Positions 49,246 to 55,870 of a stretch of 55,870 nt of DNA are shown piece after piece. Source of the DNA: Opitutia bacterium (GTDB lineage Bacteria > Verrucomicrobiota > Verrucomicrobiia > Opitutales > UBA953); the NCBI GenBank assembly GCA_021204635.1, contig JAJPZB010000031.1, positions 1-55,870 on the forward strand, written 5' to 3'. The notes beneath the pieces are model-generated. The model saw only the letters and a list, made by a program, of their open reading frames with translations, searched no databases and was not told the origin of the DNA. The position numbers were made by a program, and so were the translations under genes. Every line of letters starts with the position of its first letter. Positions within the stretch are counted from its first letter, which is position 1.

Positions 49246-50415
49246 TCAGGCGTTCCCGCCCTTAGTGGTGGCAGGGTTGGTGGTGGCGAATGGGTTGGTG
49301 GTGGCGGGTGAGTTGCCACTGTTGTGGGCATAATTGTTGCCACCACCATTGTAGTGGTCGCCACCGTTGTCGCGCTTCGCATAGCGGCTCGCGATAATCG
49401 AACAAACAAAGAGTTGGAGTTGGTGGTAGAACATTATCGGCAGGACGAGGAGCCCGATGTCGATTTCGCCGGAAATTGCCGCCGCGCCAAAGATTACGCG
49501 CGCCATCGGAATGCCGGACGCGAGCGTCTTTTTCGACCCGCAAAACACTGCGGCAATCTCGTCCTCCGTCCCGAATTTCAGCGCTCGCGCCGCCGTGCGC
49601 GAAATGGTGAGCGCGAGGAAGAGCACAACTGCGGCGCCGACGCCCGTTTGCACGAGCACGACGAGCCCGAAATTTGTCCACAAACCGCGCGCCACCGAGT
49701 CCGAGAACGCCGAAAACACGATCAGCAAGATCACGATTTTATCGAACATGTTGACGTATTTTTTGAACGGCTCGAAATATTTCGCGAGGACGCCGCGTAG
49801 CGCCTGCCCCACCAAGAACGGCAGGAAGAGTAGCGTGAAGAGGTCGAAAATCGTTTGCGAAAGCGGAAGCGGCTCGCCCGTCGTGTGCGCGAAGATCCCG
49901 ATGAGCAGCGGTGTCAGGAAAATCCCGAGCAGGCTCGAAATCGACGCGTTGAAAATCGCGGCGGGAATGTTGCCGCGAGCCGCCGCCGTCATCGCAACAG
50001 ACGACGAGATCGTCGATGGCAGCGCGCCGAGAAAATAGAATCCGAGTGCGAGCTCGGGGCGAATTATTCCGAGCGTGTCCGCCGCCACAAAGCAAAACGC
50101 GAATGTCAAAATCGGGAACACGACAAACGTCATCGCCTGCACGAGAATGTGAACCCGCCACGCGAGGAGCCCGTTGCGCAGATTGTTCCACGAAAGCCCG
50201 AGCCCGTGGAAAAAGAAGATCGCGGCGACGCCCCAGTTCGCGAGCTCGTCCGCGTGAATCGCGCCGCCCGTTTTGCCGACGTCGGGGAACAGTGTCGCGA
50301 GCACGACGCACGTCACCATGCCGGCGAGAAACCAGTCCTTGAAAAATGCGAGCGGATGTTTTTTGTGTGCGCTTGCGCCCATGCGTTTGTCGTGCGCGGG
50401 GAAATCGTGCGCCAT
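49246..50415 (-). CDS. Bile acid:sodium symporter family protein (YfeH-like)
   Basis: IFFFHGLGL, LPSTISSSVAMT..ARGN, FCGSKKTLASGIPMA, YHQLQL; repeat-derived C-terminal tail. Confidence 0.9.
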   Translation of the reverse strand: MAHDFPAHDKRMGASAHKKHPLAFFKDWFLAGMVTCVVLATLFPDVGKTGGAIHADELANWGVAAIFFFHGLGLSWNNLRNGLLAWRVHILVQAMTFVVFPILTFAFCFVAADTLGIIRPELALGFYFLGALPSTISSSVAMTAAARGNIPAAIFNASISSLLGIFLTPLLIGIFAHTTGEPLPLSQTIFDLFTLLFLPFLVGQALRGVLAKYFEPFKKYVNMFDKIVILLIVFSAFSDSVARGLWTNFGLVVLVQTGVGAAVVLFLALTISRTAARALKFGTEDEIAAVFCGSKKTLASGIPMARVIFGAAAISGEIDIGLLVLPIMFYHQLQLFVCSIIASRYAKRDNGGDHYNGGGNNYAHNSGNSPATTNPFATTNPATTKGGNA

Positions 50416-50433
50416 CGCGGCAATGCGGCGCGC

Positions 50434-51048
50434 TTACCCGAAGAAAATATCTTCGAGTGCGAGGCAGATTGCGTGATAGACGGGCAGGTGGAGTTCCTGA
50501 ATTTTAAACGTCTCGCTTTCGGGGACGCAGATGCAGATGTTGGCGAGAGTTTTCAGCCTGCCGCCGGTTTTGCCCGAGAGCGCGACTGTCGCCATGCCCT
50601 TTTCCCGTGCGACTTCCATCGCCGCGCAGACATTTTTGGAATTGCCCGAAGTGGAAATGCCGAGTAGTGCGTCGCCTCTTTTCCCGAGCCCCCAGACCAA
50701 TTGCGCATAGACGTAATATGGGTCGCAATCGTTCAGCCACGCAGTGTTTATCGCGCCGAGAGAGTGGAGCGGAATCGCCGGAAGTGCGTCCTGCAATTTC
50801 GACGCGAGCTCTTCGCCGAGGCGTTGCCGCACGGCGGGGTGGTTGAGCGGGCGCTTTGAGCAAAATCCTTTCAGAAGTTCGCCGGAGATGTGGTCGGCGT
50901 CGGCGGCACTTCCGCCGTTGCCGCACAACAAAAGCTTTCCGCCGCCGGAGAACGTTTTTGCGAGCGCGTCTGTGGCGGCTTGAATCGTATCGCCGCATTC
51001 CGCGAGAAGCGGATACCGCGAAAGGAGCTTTTCAATTTGTCGGTGCAT
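50434..51048 (-). CDS. gmhA: SIS-domain protein, D-sedoheptulose-7-phosphate isomerase-like
   Basis: CGNGGSAADADHI.GEL, GISTSGNS.NV, IQELH..YH. Confidence 0.8.
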   Translation of the reverse strand: MHRQIEKLLSRYPLLAECGDTIQAATDALAKTFSGGGKLLLCGNGGSAADADHISGELLKGFCSKRPLNHPAVRQRLGEELASKLQDALPAIPLHSLGAINTAWLNDCDPYYVYAQLVWGLGKRGDALLGISTSGNSKNVCAAMEVAREKGMATVALSGKTGGRLKTLANICICVPESETFKIQELHLPVYHAICLALEDIFFG

Positions 51049-51116
51049 AAAAAATTTCAAAGGCGCAGGCGGGAAATTTGAGGCTCCGGAAAATCCCGTC
51101 GGCGCGGCGGCAGCGC

Positions 51117-52505
51117 TTAGCGATACGCGGCGTTGATTTTGTCCGAAACGTCTTTGTACGCGGCGTCTGCCATATAAATTGTTTTGTATTCTGCGATTGC
51201 CTCGGCGTTTTTGCCGGATTTTTCGTAGGCGGTCGCCAATTCGTAAATGATGTCTTTCTTCACGTCGGTCATCAGCGTGATTTCGCCCTTCGCCGCAGAA
51301 AGCTGGTCTGCCGCGAGGTCGTATTTCCCGCCCGCGATAAACGCCCTGCCGAGGTTGAGCATCGCATTGTGGCGATTCTTCGGTGCGCGCTGCGCGAGTT
51401 GGAGCTCGCGAATTGCGCCGTTGATATCACCGGCTTCGAGCAACTTCGTGCCATACTCGTAGCGATAGTTGTAATCGTTCGGGTATTTTTCCACGAGCGT
51501 CTGAATCGTCTGCAACTGGTATGCGGCGAGCGTTTTTTTGAGCTCGGCAAGATTCTTTTTCGCCTCCTCGTTGTCGGGCTCGTTCGCAACAATGGCTTCG
51601 GTGTCTTTTACGCGCTTCTCGTAGCCCTCGATCGTGAGCGAGTATTCCTGCTTTTCGAGCGTTGCATCGACCTTGCCGTTGGTGGTTTTGCGCGCGTTTT
51701 GAACGGCCTCGATCGCCTTGTCGAAGTCGCCGATAATTCTGTAATTGCGCGCGAGGTCGCGATAAAGCTGCAAGTCTTCCGGATTTTTCTCGATTGCGGC
51801 GAGAATGTTCGGGATTTCGGCGCTGGCGGAATCGACGTCGGAGACGACGCGCGATTTTTGCTCGAGCTCGCGAGCTTTTTCCGTGTTCGCGAGCTTGGTG
51901 CGATAGTCCGTTTTCTCGTCCCATTGCCCGTTGCCCATGGTCTGCGCGACGGAGACTTGGCGCGCCAACTCCTGCAAATCGCCGTTGTTCGGATAGCGTT
52001 TCAGCGCGGCGTCAACGGCTTTCAGCGCGAGCGGCGTGTTTTTGTCGTTCAAATTCGCGGAAACGAGTTTGGAAAAGTTTTCCGTTGTCGGATCGACTTC
52101 CGCAATTCCCTCATAGGCAAGCGCAACAATGTCCCAAAGGCCTGCCGCCTCGCCAGCGACTGCGAGCGTCTTGTTCGCCGCGAGGTCGTAGGGGTTTACC
52201 GAAAGTTTTTTCTCCGCCTCGATGAGGTATTTCTCCGGATTTTTCTCCGCCGCAGATTTGCTCGGCACTCCGAAGGAGAGGAAAAGTTTGGAAAGCCCGC
52301 TCGCCTGCGTGGGGCGTTTGCCGGTCGCAACTTTCTGCGCCAAACGCAGAATGCGGCGGATTTCTATGCAGGAGGGGTGGCGCGCCAAAACTGCCTGGCA
52401 GGTTTCGACTGCAAAGGGGGCATTGCCTTTCTTAATCGCGTTTTCCGCTGCGGCGATCTGCTTTTGCTCGCGCGGGTCGATTTCGCTGAGAAGAACTTTT
52501 TCCAT
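51117..52505 (-). CDS. Tetratricopeptide repeat protein
   Basis: Helical Ala/Leu/Tyr periodicity (YELATAYEKSGKNAEAIAEYK), YKDVSDKI C-terminus. Start trimmed to ATG 52505. Confidence 0.8.
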   Translation of the reverse strand: MEKVLLSEIDPREQKQIAAAENAIKKGNAPFAVETCQAVLARHPSCIEIRRILRLAQKVATGKRPTQASGLSKLFLSFGVPSKSAAEKNPEKYLIEAEKKLSVNPYDLAANKTLAVAGEAAGLWDIVALAYEGIAEVDPTTENFSKLVSANLNDKNTPLALKAVDAALKRYPNNGDLQELARQVSVAQTMGNGQWDEKTDYRTKLANTEKARELEQKSRVVSDVDSASAEIPNILAAIEKNPEDLQLYRDLARNYRIIGDFDKAIEAVQNARKTTNGKVDATLEKQEYSLTIEGYEKRVKDTEAIVANEPDNEEAKKNLAELKKTLAAYQLQTIQTLVEKYPNDYNYRYEYGTKLLEAGDINGAIRELQLAQRAPKNRHNAMLNLGRAFIAGGKYDLAADQLSAAKGEITLMTDVKKDIIYELATAYEKSGKNAEAIAEYKTIYMADAAYKDVSDKINAAYR

Positions 52506-52635
52506 GGAGACTTTTGGGGTTTTTCGGGAGAATTTTGTGGTGAATGAGCGGGGCGGCGCAACTCTCGGCACTCCGCCCCTCTTAGCGCGCGAATATGCGC
52601 GCGGCGCGCGTGAACGACAAGAAAAATTTCCGCGT

Positions 52636-52800
52636 CGCCACCAACCTGAGCCACCACCAACCCAATTCCCACCACTAACCCGCGCCACCACCAAGCACGC
52701 CACCTCCAACCCACGACAACAAACGGGAACGCGGATTTTGTTCCACATTCCCGTTTGTTGCCACCACCAACCCAATCGCAACCGGGTCGGAGGTGGGCAT
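52636..52800. repeat. Array of about six CCACCACYAACCC units plus a 13-bp inverted repeat
   Basis: Units at 52636-52713 and ~52761; hairpin CAACAAACGGGAA..TTCCCGTTTGTTG. Confidence 0.88.
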
Positions 52801-52816
52801 TGCCGCAACGAAGCGC

Positions 52817-53983
52817 TTAGTAAACGTCTTTCTGGTAGCGACCTTCCGTCTTCCACGCCTTGACTTTTGCCGCCGCGTCAGTCTCGGAGAGCCCGCCGTG
52901 TTTTTGGCAAATTTCGAGCAACGCGGTCTCGACGTCCTTCGCCATGCGCTTTGCGTCGCCACAGACAAAGAAATATCCGCCATCGTCGTTGAGCCATTTC
53001 CAGACCTCGGCCCCCGCCGCGCGAATCTTGTCTTGCACGTAGATTTTGTACGCCTGATCGCGCGACCATGCGCAGTCCAAGCGCGTCAAGAGCCCGCTCG
53101 CGAGAGCGTCTTCCCACTCTTTTTGGTAGAGGAAATCGGTCTTCACGCGTTGGTCGCCGAAGAAGAGCCAATTCTTGCCCGTCGCCTTCTGCGCGGCGCG
53201 GTCTTGCACAAAGCTCCTGAACGGCGCAATTCCCGTGCCGGGACCCACCATGATCATCGGCGCAGCCAAATCCGCCGGCGGGGCAAAGCGCGAAGGCGCA
53301 ACAAACACCGGCAGCGCGGGGACGCCGACCGGCGCATATTCGCCAATGAAAGTCGAGCAAACGCCGTCGCGGGCGCGCCCGTTCGTCTCGTAGCGGACAA
53401 CCGCAACAGTCAGGTGCACCTTGTCTTTTCCGACAAACCTCGGCGACGAGGAAATCGAGTAAAGGCGCGGCGCCATCTTGCGAAGCTGATCGACAAACGC
53501 CTGGGCCGCTGGGCGCACCGACGCAAATTCTTCGCCGATATCGACGACGTGACGCGCCTCGATCCAGCTCTTTTGCGCCACGGGATCCGCGTTCGCGAGC
53601 ACCGCGTCCAACTCCGCCTTCTGCTTGTCGCAGCCGGCATTGTCGCGGGCAAATTGCACGAATTTTTTCGAGATGACGCCGAGCGACAACTCCGTCGTCA
53701 GCGCCGCGCGGAGCGAAATTGCCTCCGTCGCTTTCGGGAGCAAAACCGGTTCGTCGCCGGTGAATCCGTAGGCGCTCAAAACTGCGGCGACAAGTTTGTC
53801 GGAGTTGCGCGGGAACACGCCGAGCGAATCGCCCGACTTGTAAACGAGCCCGCTTTTGCCGAGGTCGATCTCCAAGTGAACCGTTTCCTTTTGCGATTCC
53901 GGCGCATTCGCGCGCGAGCGCACCAGGATTGTCGCGAGATACGGATTTGTTTTGCTGTATTGGCAAGTGTTTTCTTCAGGCAT
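52817..53983 (-). CDS. CysJ-like flavoprotein, FAD/NADPH-binding part only
   Basis: YSKTNPY, PRLYSISSS, GVCST, MVGPGTGIAPFRSF, WSRDQ..KIYVQ, VCGDA..MA.DV, RYQKDVY; no flavodoxin domain. Confidence 0.85.
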   Translation of the reverse strand: MPEENTCQYSKTNPYLATILVRSRANAPESQKETVHLEIDLGKSGLVYKSGDSLGVFPRNSDKLVAAVLSAYGFTGDEPVLLPKATEAISLRAALTTELSLGVISKKFVQFARDNAGCDKQKAELDAVLANADPVAQKSWIEARHVVDIGEEFASVRPAAQAFVDQLRKMAPRLYSISSSPRFVGKDKVHLTVAVVRYETNGRARDGVCSTFIGEYAPVGVPALPVFVAPSRFAPPADLAAPMIMVGPGTGIAPFRSFVQDRAAQKATGKNWLFFGDQRVKTDFLYQKEWEDALASGLLTRLDCAWSRDQAYKIYVQDKIRAAGAEVWKWLNDDGGYFFVCGDAKRMAKDVETALLEICQKHGGLSETDAAAKVKAWKTEGRYQKDVY

Positions 53984-54160
53984 AATTCTTCGAGTGTTGT
54001 GTAATAAAGAAATTTGATGAGCCCGCATTATGCCTTTGCGGCGACAAAAACGGAACATAATTTTTGAGCAAGTTCGCTCTTTTTCTTTGCGCAAAATTTC
54101 TTTATCATTGCCCAACACTTCTTTTTTGGAGAAGCGCGAAAACAAATTCTGTTTTAACTC

Positions 54161-55690
54161 ATGAATCTCTCAAGAATCGTAAAAGTTGTCGTCACGCTTT
54201 TGCTGGCAGGCTCGGTGCTATATATTCCATATGAGTCGCTCGGCGTTGCGCTAACTCCGGTAGAAATTCGCGTCATCGCGATGTTTGTCATGGCGGCGTT
54301 TTTCTGGATTTTGTCGCCAATCCCGATTTGGACGACATCGGTGCTCGTCATCGTCGTCTCGCTCGTGACGCTCTCGAACCAGTGCCTGCCGTTTTTGCGT
54401 TACGACGAAGCCGGCGTGGTTTACCCAAATCTCGTCAACAGTAAAGCGTTAATGGCGACTTTTGCCGACCCCGTCATAATGCTCTTCCTCGGCGGATTTT
54501 TCCTCGCTGCCGCCGCGACAAAGTATCACTTGGACATGAATCTCGCGAAGGTCATGTTGAAGCCGTTCGGCAAAAATCCGCGCTTCGTCATGCTCGGCAT
54601 AATGATGATTACCGCGATTTTCTCGATGTTCATGAGCAACACGGCGACTGCGGCGATGATGGTCGCGATTCTCGCGCCGGTTCTCGCGTTGTTCGATGAA
54701 GACGACAAGGGGCGCATCGCCTTTGCGCTTGCAATCCCGATCGCCGCAAACGTCGGCGGCATGGGCACGCCTATCGGCACGCCGCCAAACGCCATCGCGC
54801 TCAAATCCCTCGGCGACATCGGCGCGTCCGTCACCTTCGGCAAGTGGATGGCGTTTGGCATCCCCTACGTCATCATTTTGCTCCTCATCGCGTGGGCGTT
54901 TTTGGTGTTTTTGTTCCCGATTAAAAAGAAATCTATGGAGCTCACAATCGGCGGGAAATTCCCGAGGAGCCCGAAGGCGATTATCGTCTATGTCACGTTT
55001 GTGGTGACGGTGATTTTGTGGGTGCTCGGCAAAGGGATTGTGGGTATCGACGAGAATGTTGTCGCGATGATCCCGATTGCGGTTTTCTCCGTGACGCAAG
55101 TCATCACGGCGGCTGATTTGAAGGCAATGGGCTGGGACGTTCTCTGGCTCGTCGCGGGCGGCTTTGCGCTCGGGCTCGAGCTGCAACAAACCGGCCTCGC
55201 GAAAGACTTGATTGACGCGATTCCGTTCGCGGAATGGTCGCCGCTCGGCTTGATGATTGGCGTCGGCGTCATCTGCCTCTTCATGGCAAACTTCATGTCG
55301 CACTCGGCGACGGCGGCGCTCATGGTGCCGATTATCGCAGTTGTGGGCGTGAACCTCGGCTCGAATCTTGACAGTCTCGGTGGTTCGGTGGCGCTGCTCG
55401 TCTCAGTGGCGTTCGCCTCTTCTCTCGGCATGTCGCTTCCGATCTCCACGCCACCAAATGCGATCGCGTACAATACGGGCTACGTCAGCACGAAGGGCAT
55501 GGCGCAAAGCGGCATATTCATCGGCATTGTCGGCATGGTCTTGACATACGTCATGATGATTTTCTTGGCGCACATAAATATGTTCGGGTCCGAGAAGACC
55601 GAGGCAGAACCCGCGCCCGTGGCAGCCCAGGTCGCCACCACCGAGCCGGCTCCCGCCCCCGCCGCAACGGTGGTGGCGCCCGCGCAATAA
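54161..55690 (+). CDS. SLC13/DASS family anion transporter
   Basis: LFLGGF.LA, SMFMSNTAT, GGMGTPIGTPPNAI, LPISTPPNAIA. Confidence 0.92.
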   Translation: MNLSRIVKVVVTLLLAGSVLYIPYESLGVALTPVEIRVIAMFVMAAFFWILSPIPIWTTSVLVIVVSLVTLSNQCLPFLRYDEAGVVYPNLVNSKALMATFADPVIMLFLGGFFLAAAATKYHLDMNLAKVMLKPFGKNPRFVMLGIMMITAIFSMFMSNTATAAMMVAILAPVLALFDEDDKGRIAFALAIPIAANVGGMGTPIGTPPNAIALKSLGDIGASVTFGKWMAFGIPYVIILLLIAWAFLVFLFPIKKKSMELTIGGKFPRSPKAIIVYVTFVVTVILWVLGKGIVGIDENVVAMIPIAVFSVTQVITAADLKAMGWDVLWLVAGGFALGLELQQTGLAKDLIDAIPFAEWSPLGLMIGVGVICLFMANFMSHSATAALMVPIIAVVGVNLGSNLDSLGGSVALLVSVAFASSLGMSLPISTPPNAIAYNTGYVSTKGMAQSGIFIGIVGMVLTYVMMIFLAHINMFGSEKTEAEPAPVAAQVATTEPAPAPAATVVAPAQ

Positions 55691-55691
55691 T

Positions 55692-55870
55692 CCCGCCACC
55701 AACCCGATTGTTGCCACGCGGCTTTGCCCGCCACCAACCCCTCGCACCTCGTGAGGGGTTTTTTGTGCTAGGGGAAATGGCTTGGTGGTGGGGAAATGGC
55801 TTGGTGGTGGGGGAATGGGGTCGTGGGGGCGCGGGTCGGTGGGGATTGGGTTGGTGGTGGGGAATTGGGT
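55692..55870. repeat. Repeat-family cluster at window end (C-rich then G-rich units)
   Basis: CCGCCACCAACCC twice, perfect tandem GGGGAAATGGCTTGGTGGT at 55771-55808, GGGTTGGTGGTGGGGAATTGGGT. Confidence 0.85.
55736..55764 (+). terminator. Intrinsic terminator of the DASS transporter gene
   Basis: AACCCCTCGC-ACCTC-GTGAGGGGTT followed by TTTT. Confidence 0.8.

Overview
Chromosomal core-genome window from a probable gut Verrucomicrobiota (Opitutales-like) bacterium, inferred from a PEP-CTERM protein, a ~650-aa PVC-type GreA and a Verrucomicrobia-style giant PilX-like protein. It probably spans the replication origin: an AT-rich argS/dnaN gap (~21.9-22.2 kb) with degenerate DnaA boxes, divergent gene polarity and two perfect parS palindromes (one inside mnmG), but no dnaA, parA or parB in the window. 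It carries about 37 protein genes, including gap, pssA, a phospho-sugar mutase, mnmEG, rpsR, argS, dnaN, lepB, hisBH, mutS, greA, a glucuronate operon (kdgK, fused uxuA-uxuB, uxaC, eda, exuT), a GH110-type galactosidase, mreBCD-mrdA, a gmhA-like gene, a CysJ-like fragment and a DASS transporter. It also has tRNA-Asp, tRNA-Leu and a Fic pseudogene. No CRISPR array, IS element or prophage was seen. The most unusual signal is a dispersed ~13-bp repeat (YCACCACYAACCC / GGGTTRGTGGTGR, roughly 50 copies by eye). It forms irregular intergenic arrays, appears in frame in genes as TTNP linkers or GLVV hydrophobic segments, and forms no clusters across the ~30 kb origin-proximal zone, whose core is strongly AT-shifted. 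All calls are from manual reading; no searches were run.
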